A stretch of 64,000 bases of DNA from Myxococcaceae bacterium (GTDB lineage Bacteria; Myxococcota; UBA727; JABDBI01), in NCBI GenBank assembly GCA_016000045.1, contig JAECQY010000003.1:91-64090 (forward strand), read 5' to 3'. Numbering within the stretch: the first letter of the stretch is position 1; each line of letters opens with the position of its first letter. Positions 52,330 to 63,100 of this stretch are shown here, in pieces. Below the pieces are notes generated by a model that was not told where the DNA came from, did no database searches, and was given only the letters and a program-made list of their open reading frames with translations. The translations under genes were made by a program, and so were the position numbers.

Positions 52330-52760
52330 ATGATTTGTATCAAGAACTGATTCTGGACCATAGCCGGCATCCTCACCATTACGGAGATCTGCCGGGTTCC
52401 ACCCATTCGGCTCATGGGCATAACCCCTTGTGCGGAGATGAGCTGTTTGTTTACCTGGTAATTGAAAACGCTCGCATCCAAAACATTCGATTTCAGGGGG
52501 AAGGTTGTGCCATATCCAAAGCTTCTGCTTCGCTGATGACCGACGAGTTAATTGGAAAAACGCTCCAGGAAGCACGAATCCTTTTTCAAGAATTCCATGA
52601 GCTTTTAACGCAGGAAAAAGATCAATTCGATCATCTGGTCAAAGCACAGGCCTTGCGAGGAGTTCGCGAATTTCCGGTTCGGGTGAAATGCGCCACGCTC
52701 GCTTGGCATACTTTTGAGGCCGCTTTAAAAGAGCAAGCCGCTGAAATAACAACGGAGTAA
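52323..52760 (+). CDS. sufU: SUF system NifU-like protein
   Basis: LYQELILDH, NPLCGD, GCAISKASAS, RVKCATLAW. Confidence 0.95.
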   Translation: MLDDLYQELILDHSRHPHHYGDLPGSTHSAHGHNPLCGDELFVYLVIENARIQNIRFQGEGCAISKASASLMTDELIGKTLQEARILFQEFHELLTQEKDQFDHLVKAQALRGVREFPVRVKCATLAWHTFEAALKEQAAEITTE

Positions 52761-52768
52761 AAGGTTTC

Positions 52769-53311
52769 ATGCATATGTACGGTGGTGGAGTGAACGTTCA
52801 ATTGAGCAGAGATTGCGTGGGTATTCAGATCCCCAATGGCGACTCTATGACCCTTGAACAGGGACACGAAGTCTATATCACCCAAGTTCTGGGCGGAATG
52901 TTCACGGTTGAAACAGAATGGGGTTATCTGGTCCGGATTGACGGAAAAGATGCAGACGCCTTAGGACAAACCGTTCCCGAAGAACGTCAAAAACCAAATT
53001 GGGAACAATACGCCAGTTTGGAAGAAGCAGCCTGGGCTCAACTCAGAACCTGTTACGACCCTGAAATACCGGTGAATATTGTCGAGCTCGGACTGGTCTA
53101 TGAATTGGAAATTTTGGGTTCAGACCTACGAGTTCAGATGACTTTAACGGCTCCTGGATGCGGCATGGGAGAAGTCCTCAAGAACGATATTGAAACCAAA
53201 CTTCGAGAAATACCGGGAATAGAAACCGTTATCATCGATCTCACCTTTGATCCACCCTGGAGCACAGAAAGAATGTCCGATGCGGCTCGATTGCAATTAG
53301 GCATGATGTAA
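52769..53311 (+). CDS. sufT: Fe-S assembly protein SufT
   Basis: RIDGKDADALG, CYDPEIPVNIVELGL, MTLTAPGCGMG, DPPW. Confidence 0.93.
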   Translation: MHMYGGGVNVQLSRDCVGIQIPNGDSMTLEQGHEVYITQVLGGMFTVETEWGYLVRIDGKDADALGQTVPEERQKPNWEQYASLEEAAWAQLRTCYDPEIPVNIVELGLVYELEILGSDLRVQMTLTAPGCGMGEVLKNDIETKLREIPGIETVIIDLTFDPPWSTERMSDAARLQLGMM

Positions 53312-53357
53312 ATCAGTTGCAAAGCTTCAAGTCCTACGCTAAGCCGATCCCAATGAT

Positions 53358-53434
53358 CGGGGTGTAGCTCAGCTTGGTAGAGCGCTTGGTTCGGGACCAA
53401 GAGGCCGCAGGTTCAAATCCTGTCACCCCGACCA
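53358..53434 (+). tRNA. tRNA-Pro(CGG)
   Basis: CGGGGTG..TAGCTCAG..GGTAGAGC, CTTGG-TTCGGGA-CCAAG, GTTCAAATC, CCA end. Confidence 0.95.
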
Positions 53435-53518
53435 AAATCAACGAAAAAAAGTGGTAATCGTAGCATCGTTACAGACTTTATTTTTGTTTCGATTTTTATA
53501 AAAATAAAAATCCCGTCT

Positions 53519-55246
53519 TCAACGCACGCAGCGGACATAGTTCGCGCTGCTGATGCCATACGTGTTGACGCTGCCACCACCGAAATTCACGCTCCACGCA
53601 ACGGACGGGGGCGTGCAAGAATAAGGCGTTGATGTCCAAAACCAACTCTGAGGCGTGCTTGGAAAAGCCGTCGTGTTCATTGTTGGACCCGGAGATGCTA
53701 CGCGAACATCCAGAAGCGTCGACAATTCTTTGACATTGGGAAGACGCCAGCTCAAACCGTCCAGATTCAAACCCGCACAATAAGCCTGTGCAGAACTCCA
53801 GTTATAGGTTCCAGAAACCGTTCGCTGCCAAATCAAGCCCGTTACGGTGTCCAGAACCTGCGTGCTATTAAAGGTATAACGATCTACCTCTCGAACCGCC
53901 GATGAGGGTCGCACACAACGCGTAAAGCCGTTCGCAGGCACTGAAGAACAACCGCTATAACCCTGGCTGCAAACGAGGCCTGCGTAATACGCACCGCTAC
54001 CGTAACTCACCCACCAAGCACTGCCCGGGTAACCCTGCAAAGCGTCGGAGGACCAATAGTAACTGCTGGTTTGAGTGCCTGGAAAAAAATCCAGATCCAC
54101 GCTGGGACCAGCGCAATCTATCGTATAATCCACCAAGGTCTGAAGTTCCACGTGCGTGGGCAAACGCCAGTCCCCAAAACCAGACTCAAACAGATTAGCA
54201 CAATAAGCTTGGGCAGCTGTCCAATTGCCTGCAGGCGCATTCCCTACCTTTTGCCACTGCAGACTCGTCATTTGATCCGTGACAATCCCCGGAACGGATT
54301 CAAGGTAGCGGCCCGTTTGATTGGCGTTGTCTCGATAGACACCCGTTGTCACTTGCCAATTCGCCCACTCGGGATTGTAAACCTGAGGAGAACGCACACA
54401 ACGGACACAGTACGTAACACTGATGAGATACGTGCCGACGCTGCCATAACCGAAATCCACGCCCCACGCACCGGACGAGGGTGCACACGAATAAAGCATT
54501 GATGTCCAAAATATGTTCTGCGGTGTACTCGGAAAAGCCGTCGTATTGATCGTCGAACCCGGGTACGCCACATGAATATCCAGAAGCGTCGACAATTCTT
54601 TGACATTGGGAAGGCGCCAGGGCAAACCATCCAGGTTTAAACCCGCACAATAAGCCTGTGCCGAACTCCAGTTATAGGTTCCGGAAACCGTTCGTTGCCA
54701 AATCAAGCCCGTCACCGTGTCTAACACCTGTGTACTGTTAAAGGTATAACGATCCACCTCTCGAACCGCCGACAAGGGTCGCACACAACGCGTAAAGCCA
54801 CTCGCAGGCACTGAAGAACAACCACCATAACCCTGGCTGCAAACGAGTCCCGCGCCATAGGCACCGCTGCCGTAACTTACCCACCAAGCACTGCCCGGGT
54901 AACCCTGTAAAGCGTCGGAGGACCAATAGTAACTGCTGGTTTGAGTGCCTGGGAAAAAATTCAGATCCAGGCAGGGGCCAGCGCAATCCATCGTGTAATC
55001 GACCAAGGTCTGAAGTTCCACGTGTGTGGGCAAACGCCAGTCCCCAAACCCAGACTCAAGCAAATCAGCGCAATAGGCCTGGGCAGCCGTCCAATTGCTA
55101 GCAGGTGCACTCCCTACCTTTTGCCACTGCAAACCTGTCATCCGATCCGTGATAACCCCTGGAACGGATTCAAGATAGCGGCCCGTTTGATTGGCGTTGT
55201 CTCGATAGACACCGGTTGTCACTTGCCAATTCGCCCACTCGGGATT
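53519..55246 (-). repeat. 870-bp intragenic tandem duplication (2 copies of a 290-aa Lcl di-domain)
   Basis: e.g. tcgcccactcgggatt at 54361 and 55231; same register throughout. Confidence 0.95.
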
Positions 55247-56029
55247 CCAAATCACCGGAGCGCTTGGGCTTTCGGTAGGACTCAAGGTTTGGGAATACGA
55301 CAAACTTCCGCTCGTCTCAGACGCACTGAGAGTCCTGCTTGAGCTTCTCGTGGCCGACTCCACATCGCTCAGCGTACGAGTACGCTTTTGACTCGGGCTT
55401 AAGCCCTCGGTGAAAGAAAGGCTGAGCGTATCCAGCAAACTCACAGTATTCCGAGAAGAGGCTTTGCTGAAGGTTTGGCTGAGCGTTGGTTTTGTTTGCG
55501 AAACACTCGCAGACGCGGTGCACGTTGGCATCCGATCGAACAAACGAACGGCATAAGACTCCGAGGACAGCGACGTCTTACCCGTCCAATCGGCGTAAAA
55601 ACTCACCAATAAAATCGCGCTTTCGGTAATTTGATGCTCATATTCCAAAGGAAGCCAGGAACTTTGTCCGCAGCACTCCGGTCTCCCCAAAGCGATCGTG
55701 GAGTTGATCTCACACAAAACGCGCTCGATGTGAGTGTTCATGAAAATGGAACAATTGGCCACAAATTGGCCCGTATAATCCGGCATCGCTTGAATCGCCG
55801 GAGTTAACTCGGCAAACAAAGCCTTCAATCCGGTCGAAAACAATTGTTTTTGCTGGGCGGCAGGCAATGTCTGGTTCGAAACGAGCTGCGTTAGTGCCTG
55901 ATTCGCCACGGCATTCGTTACCTGGCTTTGATTAAGCCAGGCAGCAACAGCGGCTTGCCCCCAAATGAAGAACACCCAAAGCCTTGCCGGCCTCAAGCAC
56001 CGTGCTTGGGTTTTTAGATTTTTCCTCAT
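53519..56029 (-). CDS. Secreted modular protein: unknown N-domain, Ser/Thr stalk, four DUF1566/Lcl domains
   Basis: Signal-like N-terminus; D..TGL.WQ, WRLP...EL..L.D and RCVR each occur four times. Confidence 0.9.
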   Translation of the reverse strand: MRKNLKTQARCLRPARLWVFFIWGQAAVAAWLNQSQVTNAVANQALTQLVSNQTLPAAQQKQLFSTGLKALFAELTPAIQAMPDYTGQFVANCSIFMNTHIERVLCEINSTIALGRPECCGQSSWLPLEYEHQITESAILLVSFYADWTGKTSLSSESYAVRLFDRMPTCTASASVSQTKPTLSQTFSKASSRNTVSLLDTLSLSFTEGLSPSQKRTRTLSDVESATRSSSRTLSASETSGSLSYSQTLSPTESPSAPVIWNPEWANWQVTTGVYRDNANQTGRYLESVPGVITDRMTGLQWQKVGSAPASNWTAAQAYCADLLESGFGDWRLPTHVELQTLVDYTMDCAGPCLDLNFFPGTQTSSYYWSSDALQGYPGSAWWVSYGSGAYGAGLVCSQGYGGCSSVPASGFTRCVRPLSAVREVDRYTFNSTQVLDTVTGLIWQRTVSGTYNWSSAQAYCAGLNLDGLPWRLPNVKELSTLLDIHVAYPGSTINTTAFPSTPQNIFWTSMLYSCAPSSGAWGVDFGYGSVGTYLISVTYCVRCVRSPQVYNPEWANWQVTTGVYRDNANQTGRYLESVPGIVTDQMTSLQWQKVGNAPAGNWTAAQAYCANLFESGFGDWRLPTHVELQTLVDYTIDCAGPSVDLDFFPGTQTSSYYWSSDALQGYPGSAWWVSYGSGAYYAGLVCSQGYSGCSSVPANGFTRCVRPSSAVREVDRYTFNSTQVLDTVTGLIWQRTVSGTYNWSSAQAYCAGLNLDGLSWRLPNVKELSTLLDVRVASPGPTMNTTAFPSTPQSWFWTSTPYSCTPPSVAWSVNFGGGSVNTYGISSANYVRCVR

Positions 56030-56100
56030 TCCGCAATTGCTACCGCAAGAAAGAAAGCAAGAAAAGGCTTTTGGAGTTTCCGTAATAATAAATTGCAATA

Positions 56101-57231
56101 TCAAGGACGATACGGCAGGATCACGCTTTCCGCTTTCGGCTGAACACGTGGGCAAATTCTCTTTTGAGCGCGTTCCATCTCATAGACGAGCACTTCGGCA
56201 ACCTGCTGCTGATCTGCTTCTTGACACTCCACCACCAGCTCATCGTGTATCATGTTGACCAAAACAGCTTCTTGAAAATCCTGAGATAAGCGTCGATGCA
56301 CCCATACCATCGCTAATTTAGCAAGTTCTGCAGCAGTTCCCTGAATCGGCATGTTTTTTGCGACACGAGAGATGTCTTGGCTCGTATTCAGCGCAAGACG
56401 CCTACCCAGGCGAGTCTGAGCATAGCCCTTGGCGTAAGCTTCTTGGACACTCCAGTCTAGGTAGGCTTTAATGCGCGGGTGCTTCTTAAAATACTGTTTC
56501 AACCACTCTTCTGCTTGATTCTGCGTCACTTGCAAACTTGCAGCCAAGGACTTAGAACCCATTCCGTAAATGATCCCGAAATTGATTGCTTTCGCTTGTT
56601 CTCGATAGGTGGGGCTGCCAAACAAATTAATAGCGACTTGAGTGTGCAGATCTTCGCTGTCTTCAAAGGCCTTGAGAAACGAAGCGTCGCCTGAGAAATC
56701 AGCTAAAATACGCAGTTCACACGCAGCATAGTCTGCTCGCACAATCGCTCGTCCAGCAGGAGCGCTTAAACAGGCTTGAAAACGAGTATCTGAAGGAAGA
56801 TTCTGAAGGTTCGGTCGATGGCAGGAAACTCGACCTGTCGAGGCTCCCGTCGACTCAAAATGAGCATGAATTCGCCAAGATATCGGATCGATAAACTCGA
56901 TAAAAGTGGCTCCGTAAGTTTGGACCAATTTGGCCATTTCTCGATAGCGATCCAGGCTGGCTTGAGCCTCTGCAGGGTTCGTGCATTTTGACAAAGCACC
57001 GGCCACATCTGCTGGGCTATTCAAGTTCAGGCTGGACTCTCCAAATAAGTCCAAATGCTGAGGGCCTGAAAGACAATCCATTGCCAACTTCTGATATTTT
57101 AGCATCTCAGTTCGGCAAACTTCAATCGTTTCCACCCAAGCCTTTCGATTTACGTAAAGGCCATAGCGCTGCATCTCCCGAAATACAGGAGCGACAGCCT
57201 GTTCTAAAGTTTCAAAATTAAGTCGTTCCAA
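56101..57231 (-). CDS. Family A DNA polymerase, polymerase domain only
   Basis: TGRVSC..PNLQNLP, ADYAACELRILA, REQAKAINFGIIYG, NMPIQGTAA, HDELVVE; 376 aa. Confidence 0.85.
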   Translation of the reverse strand: MERLNFETLEQAVAPVFREMQRYGLYVNRKAWVETIEVCRTEMLKYQKLAMDCLSGPQHLDLFGESSLNLNSPADVAGALSKCTNPAEAQASLDRYREMAKLVQTYGATFIEFIDPISWRIHAHFESTGASTGRVSCHRPNLQNLPSDTRFQACLSAPAGRAIVRADYAACELRILADFSGDASFLKAFEDSEDLHTQVAINLFGSPTYREQAKAINFGIIYGMGSKSLAASLQVTQNQAEEWLKQYFKKHPRIKAYLDWSVQEAYAKGYAQTRLGRRLALNTSQDISRVAKNMPIQGTAAELAKLAMVWVHRRLSQDFQEAVLVNMIHDELVVECQEADQQQVAEVLVYEMERAQKRICPRVQPKAESVILPYRP

Positions 57232-58231
57232 ACACGAGCACGCTGCTAAAAATAGCAGGTCCTCCTTTCGGTGGCGAAAATACGAGTCTCAATAAAATGC
57301 TTCGAATGCAATCGGAAACATCAGACGATCTCAAGGTATCTTCAATAAATTGAACCTCAAAAACACTGCCTTCAGCAGAGACACTCATTTGATAAGCCAA
57401 CTTGCCCGATAGATCAGGGCTGTTTTTGAGGGCTTTTTCATAGCACCGGGTAAAAGAAGAATTTTTCTTGGCTAAAGTGCCTAGAACACCCAACTGATCC
57501 GCAGAACCCTTCGTCACGCTGGAATTGCCGGAGGAAACGCGTGCCACTGGCAATTCGGCTTCTTTTCTCTCTGCAACGGCTACTTTACCGCTGGAACTGT
57601 TTCCAACCGAATCGATGTCCGCCGTCGATTTGAGAGATCCGCTAGAACCCTTCAACGAACTTTTTGAAAACCCAGATCCCGAGGCCACAGCAAAACTGCG
57701 TTTTTCTTTCATCGCAGAATCCAAATCATCGCTGAACGAATCAGAATTCGAGGAGAAGACATTGGCCATTGCAGTTCCACGGCCTTTTTGTCCGCTGGAT
57801 TCACCCGAGACTCCGATCAGACCCAAAACTCCCGAAGAAGCCAACTTACTCCGAATCGGGTTTGATCCTTGGCCAGGCTCTTTGGGAGAAGCTTGCAGGC
57901 TTTTGCTGGGCGTTGCTGAAGGTGAAGCCGATTCTTTGTTCGAGGGAAGAACAGCGGGCTCGTTGACGGCCACTTTGGATTCTTTAGCTGGTTTGGGAAT
58001 TGGAACGGGCTCATTGGCTTCATGCGCCAAAGGAGCCGGAACTTTTTTGAGAACAATCCCCTTGGATCGAATCGGTTGAACAGTCTTCACCCATTTTTCA
58101 AAATCGCGCTGGGTCACCTGTTCTGGAATCTTAATGTTCATAATCGACATGGCCACAAACAAGTGAAGCAAAAGCGAGAAGGCAAGGGCGCTTAGCAAAA
58201 GAGCGTTGTTCAATTTCTCAAATACGTTCAT
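57218..58231 (-). CDS. GltG/AgmX/PglI-like TonB-type energy transducer
   Basis: TM helix with S..LH, Pro/Lys linker, CYEKALK..PDLSGK..V..CI...L..L.F.PP. Confidence 0.75.
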   Translation of the reverse strand: MNVFEKLNNALLLSALAFSLLLHLFVAMSIMNIKIPEQVTQRDFEKWVKTVQPIRSKGIVLKKVPAPLAHEANEPVPIPKPAKESKVAVNEPAVLPSNKESASPSATPSKSLQASPKEPGQGSNPIRSKLASSGVLGLIGVSGESSGQKGRGTAMANVFSSNSDSFSDDLDSAMKEKRSFAVASGSGFSKSSLKGSSGSLKSTADIDSVGNSSSGKVAVAERKEAELPVARVSSGNSSVTKGSADQLGVLGTLAKKNSSFTRCYEKALKNSPDLSGKLAYQMSVSAEGSVFEVQFIEDTLRSSDVSDCIRSILLRLVFSPPKGGPAIFSSVLVFGTT

Positions 58232-58232
58232 T

Positions 58233-58790
58233 CTAAGCCTCTTGCTTGATCACCGCAAATTCAAACTTTCCAAAACCCGCATCACCGCAAGTCACCAGAA
58301 CATCGACTAAAACACGATAGGGAGTATATTTATCGGCCACAATAACAACTTTCCCGGTGAATCCGGAGTTTTTTATAAACTCAGCCGTATGTTTTTGATT
58401 CGCTTTCACCGAAATGAGCTCTTCTCTCAGCGAGGTGATGACATAACCGTTTTTCTTGGCGAGCGCGGGAACACGGTACGTTTTCGGATCTATTTTCTCG
58501 ACGACCCGGCCATCCACAACAATGGTCGGGGTCTCATAAAGAGCTTTCATCTCGTCTGAAACCGCTCCTTCCATGCGCCGAATCCCTGTGAGCATAACGA
58601 CGACTGCTTCTTCTGCATTCTCTCGGGTCGTGGAGTGCGGTAAGTCAACCGATGGGTCTTGAACCACAATGGGACTGACGGCGAAAATCTTAATCGTGTA
58701 CACCAAGATGTTGGTGACAACATCCATCAGCGAAGTCAAAGAAACGCGATAGGGACTTTCTTCACTTCGAAATCGACGGCGGCGCATCAT
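58233..58790 (-). CDS. ExbD/TolR-family protein (AglS-like)
   Basis: LTSLMDV TM helix, V.LP, IVADK.TPY..L..V..T...AGF. Confidence 0.85.
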   Translation of the reverse strand: MMRRRRFRSEESPYRVSLTSLMDVVTNILVYTIKIFAVSPIVVQDPSVDLPHSTTRENAEEAVVVMLTGIRRMEGAVSDEMKALYETPTIVVDGRVVEKIDPKTYRVPALAKKNGYVITSLREELISVKANQKHTAEFIKNSGFTGKVVIVADKYTPYRVLVDVLVTCGDAGFGKFEFAVIKQEA

Positions 58791-59275
58791 GGCACCACTC
58801 CTGGAACAAAAGCAACTTCTTCGAACATTGGCCTCGCCGAATCCATGATATGCGTAATATCATTGTAAATGACGTCGGAATCCGCCATCAAAATCATTCG
58901 GTTTTCGTTTGGATAATCCAATTTGAGCTCCGTGAATTTTTGACGCAGCCCTTCAAAATCATAGCCCTGAGGGGTTTTCGGAAACAAAGGCTCTTCGCTG
59001 GTGCCTAAAGTTTTACCCGCAACCTGCAAATTAATTCCATTGCTGAGAACAATCACCATTAAATCCAAAACAGGGCCACTCGAGGCTTCTGGGCTCACGG
59101 CATCCGAAACACCTCCAAATTGAGGTGCATCCACACGGATGACTCCGATCGGCAAGAAAGCAGACATGCCCATCAACACCATCACCAACATGAACAAAAC
59201 ATTCATCATAGGCAAAATTTCAGGTTCTGGAAGCTCTTCGCTCGTGCTGCGCTGGCGGCGGCCACCTCTTCTCAT
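58787..59275 (-). CDS. ExbD/TolR-family protein
   Basis: ILPMMNV TM helix, YDF..L....ELK..YP, Y..I..IMD.AR. Confidence 0.8.
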   Translation of the reverse strand: MRRGGRRQRSTSEELPEPEILPMMNVLFMLVMVLMGMSAFLPIGVIRVDAPQFGGVSDAVSPEASSGPVLDLMVIVLSNGINLQVAGKTLGTSEEPLFPKTPQGYDFEGLRQKFTELKLDYPNENRMILMADSDVIYNDITHIMDSARPMFEEVAFVPGVVP

Positions 59276-59904
59276 TTTTTAACTCGAGCACCGATTAAAG
59301 CAGCTTCTAAGCGAATTGCGAGGGTATCAATTCCATCCACGAGCTTCTTGACCACACCCGATACCAACATTTGAAAAAACATAGCAGGAATGGCCACCAT
59401 CAAACCAAAAGCCGTACAATTCATCGCAACCGAAATAGCTCGAGTCAACAGCACGGATTTCTGATCAGGAGGCGCGTCAGCAACAACCGTAAAGGCCTCG
59501 ATCAAACCCATGACCGTGCCGAGCAAACCCAGCAAAGTGGCCAGCGAAGCTAAACCTGAAAGCGCATGCGCTCTCTTTTGAACCAAAGGAACCGCCTCAA
59601 GAAGCCCTTCTTCAATTCCGGCGCGAATCTCATCTTCTGATTTCTCCGCTTGCTCAAGAGCACGCCGACAAACAAGAGATAAAGCGGAATGCTGATGAGA
59701 GTCACAGATTTTTAAGGCTTCAGCCACTTGGTGTGAATCCAAGGCTTGCTTCATGGGTTCCCAGAATTTTTTCAAATCGATGCTTTGGATCGCAAACAAG
59801 CTGAAGCATCGCTCAACGGTAATACCCAGCACCAACATAGAACAAAATCCGATGGGAGCCATCCAAATCCCACCTTCAACAAAAAATCGCGCAAAGCCTT
59901 CCAT
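59272..59904 (-). CDS. MotA/TolQ/ExbB proton channel (AglR-like)
   Basis: GGIWM, ATLLGLLGTVMGLI.AF, AMNCTAFGL. Confidence 0.9.
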   Translation of the reverse strand: MEGFARFFVEGGIWMAPIGFCSMLVLGITVERCFSLFAIQSIDLKKFWEPMKQALDSHQVAEALKICDSHQHSALSLVCRRALEQAEKSEDEIRAGIEEGLLEAVPLVQKRAHALSGLASLATLLGLLGTVMGLIEAFTVVADAPPDQKSVLLTRAISVAMNCTAFGLMVAIPAMFFQMLVSGVVKKLVDGIDTLAIRLEAALIGARVKK

Positions 59905-59917
59905 CGTGTCTCCTTTC

Positions 59918-60181
59918 TCACTCTACCTTAAAAATATCGTATTTCGCAGTTTTTAAAATCTCTTCTTTTATGTCTTCCGGTTCTTCCCTGGGTCGATCTC
60001 GCAAAAAATCAAACTGTGCCCTTGGTAAAACAAAATTCACATTGGAGCGATCAACATCTCCATGAATTTGCACCTCTCCCAACTCAATCACACGCGTCGA
60101 ATTTTCTTGAGGGCGAGAGGGTTGAACCCCATACACCCAAGCTCCAGGCACAAGCAAAGCTATTCCGAACAGACTCTTCAT
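59918..60181 (-). CDS. Small secreted GltF/CglF-like protein
   Basis: Signal peptide, VIELGEVQIHG....V.FVLPR; context between the TPR gene and the TolQ-like gene. Confidence 0.5.
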   Translation of the reverse strand: MKSLFGIALLVPGAWVYGVQPSRPQENSTRVIELGEVQIHGDVDRSNVNFVLPRAQFDFLRDRPREEPEDIKEEILKTAKYDIFKVE

Positions 60182-63100
60182 GCTCTTTGTTTCCTCAACA
60201 ACAATCGTTGTTTCGCAACTTTTAGGTACTGGGAAACTCGTAAAAACAATGCCTTATCCAAATTCTTCGATGCCTGAAATTTCTCAAGAGCCTCAACCGC
60301 CCCAACATCGTCTTTCTGAGCCATGTACACCATGGCTAAACTCAGCCAACCATAAAAATAATCGGGCTCTGATTTAACGACAAAAAAGTAAGATTTCAAG
60401 GCATTGGGGTAATCTTTGGCCAAGAAATAGGCATTTCCGAGCAAAAGTGAAGCCGTGATCGAATTTGGAAGCTTGCTTTTTGCTTTCTGCAAATACTCCA
60501 CGGCTTTTGAGATTTCACCTCGATCTAAAGAGATTTCTCCGAGTGCAATCAAGGCTTGGGGCACATCGATCGACTGGTAGAGTTCCTCTGCTTTTTTCCC
60601 AATTTTTTGTGCTTGATAACTGTAGGCAAGCCAAAGTTTGACCTGAACAGAAGCTTCTTGACCCTCCAACTCTTCCAAGATGAGTTGAGCCGCTCGATAG
60701 CGCTTTTCAGCCATATAGCCTTGAGCCATCTGCAAAGCATTCGTTTTATTTCCAGAAGCTTGCAGGTTGCTTTCTTCCGCCACGATAGAGGCGATGGGGA
60801 GCTCTTCAAAAGCCTCGTAATCGCTGGGCTTAATTTGATTCAAAGCCTGTTTGGCTCGCGAAAGCCAAGCGATTCCACCCGAAACGCCAGGGCTGCGATC
60901 GATCACCCGATGAAAGGCATCGATCGCCTTTCGTTCTAAGACCATAGCCTTCTCTTCCAGAATGCTCGCGTACTCGTCACACGCCTCTTCCTGAAGCTTT
61001 TGCACATCGCTCGGACAAGGAGCTTTCAAGAGAACCTCAAATAAATTCTGATAGAGTCTTCCAATTTCAAAAAGAGAGGCCAGACTCCATTCTGAGAGAT
61101 CGTAGCGTTTCACGATTCGTTCATAACGCTTTTGCAAATCCGCCAATCGATTGGTTTTTCGAATGAGCTCATTCGATTGCCCTTGGCTCGTTGTCGCTTC
61201 TATCTTAAGAGCAAAATACGCGTTCAGTTCGGGCACTAAGAGCGCAAAGTCCGCTTCGGGTGACTCGTTTCGAAAGCGCTTGTAGAACACCCCTCGCAAA
61301 GCGGTGGCTTCCTTTCCTTGACGAGCTTCTTCATAGTCTTGTATCGCTCTTTGGTAAGCCAACGGAGTCTCGGGATTTTGGGGGTATTCCTTCGTGAATT
61401 GTTCAAAGGTTTGGGCTGCTAAAAGCCAATTGCCCGCTGCTTCAAAATGAATGGCCGCTTGCAATAAAGCAGAAGGCTCCTGTTTGATTTTCAGGTAAAT
61501 GCGGGCGGATTCAGCGAACAGTTGTTTTTGCTGAAAAAAGACAGCTCGATCCACGAGCACGTTGCGAGCGAATGGGCCTTTGGGATAGAGACGAATCAAT
61601 TCTTCAAATCGCTGTTCGGCTTCTGCGTATAATTCAGCCTGATCCAAGGCTTTCGCAGCATTATAAAGCGACTTTTCACGGACTTCTTCCGAAGGTCTAT
61701 TGTTAAGAACCCAATCGTAAACCGCAGCGGCGGCTTGATAATCCTCATGGGATTTGGCTTCTGCAAATAAGGCATTGGCTTCTTTGAAACGTGCATTTCG
61801 CTTGATTTCAGAGAATTCAGGTCCTAAAAATTCATACTGCAGCGCTGTTTGAGCAACCTCAGCCCATTTTTGCTTTTGAACGAGTGTTCCCACCAACAAA
61901 TTAGCCGAGACTCTTGCCGCGGGAGCTTCAGGATATTCCTGGATCAACGCCCTGAAATCTTTTTGAGCCTCAGCTTCTGCACCGTAAGAGTATTCAATCG
62001 AAGCAACTTGAAACAAGAATGCCGGATAAGCTGGAACTTGGGGGAAGTTGTTTTTCAAAGTTCGAACGGCTTCGATAAAATCCAGCATTGGGCTCGGCAT
62101 CGGTTGTTCAAAACGACCCAGATCGGAAAGCTGAAGTTTTGAAAAGTCAGCCTCTGGAAAGGTTTGCTTAATCCAAGAATCGTAAGCATAAACCACATCC
62201 AATGCCGCTTGCGATCGATAGGCCGTTGCTCCTTTCCAGTCGCGGATTTGAGCAAACGCCTGAGCAGCTTGGTGGTATTCTCCAGCCTTAAAAGAGCTCT
62301 CTCCGTAAAAATAAATTATTTCATCGAGCTGCTTATCAGTCGGAAAGTGAGAAACAAATTGAGCGAAATAGTAAGCAGATTCATGAAAAATTTTCGGATC
62401 GTTCTTTTTTTTAGCCTCATTAAAAAGTTGAATCGCAAGGCTTAAGAGAATCGGTTGGATGAAATCTTTTGACTGAGGGCGATCGATGTAGCGCGCGATG
62501 ATTTCTTTTCGCATCGATGGCTCAGGCGATAGAGCGATAATGCGCGCATCGACGGCTTCGTTGCTGGAATTTTCCGGATCCATTTGGATCGCCTGAGCCA
62601 ACACAGCGATGGCTGCTGGATTGCGTTTATTTTGAGTCAATAGCTTCCCAAGCATCAGCAAAACGGAGCGCGGAGCTTTATCTTGAAGCGCCTGTCTCAG
62701 AGGATCCTGTGAATCAAGCTCAAGAATGGCCCGAGCCCAGTATCGTTCAGACTCTTGTTGTAAAACATCTTGATCACCTTGAGCTGGAAAGTCGCTGAGC
62801 ATCTTTCGGAACCCATCAATTGCTTGCGAGTAGTTCTGCTGAGCAAATAGAATCCAAGCTACTTTGAATGTGGCTCGTCTTGCGTAAATTCCAGGGTAGG
62901 GCAGAGCGAGCTGGGTGTAGTATTTCAACGCTTCAGCATAATCTTCTTCTTCGAAATAAATCTCAGCCAATCGAAATTTCACTTCATCGGCATAGGCGCT
63001 GGTCGAAAATTTTCTCAGTAACAATTCAAAATTATCTTTTGATTTTTGGAGTTCGCCTTCGTACCTAAAGGATATTCCAAGCAAATAATGCGCCGAATCC

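Noticed and set aside
53134..53400. 88-aa ORF
   Set aside because: Antisense to tRNA-Pro and sufT.
53491..53512. AT-rich inverted repeat as a DGR hairpin for the terminal VR
   Set aside because: The gattttta/taaaaatc stem is AT-rich with no GRA loop; weak and possibly due to low complexity.
54389..54530. Internal repeat acting as the template for the terminal VR
   Set aside because: It is not A-rich; at several differing sites the terminal copy has A and the internal copy does not, and other differences involve no A in either copy.
53358..56100. Integrative element at tRNA-Pro carrying the Lcl gene
   Set aside because: No integrase and no duplicated tRNA 3' end (att site) were found on the far side.
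57525..58079. 184-aa plus-strand ORF
   Set aside because: Shadow of the low-complexity linker of the gltG-like gene.
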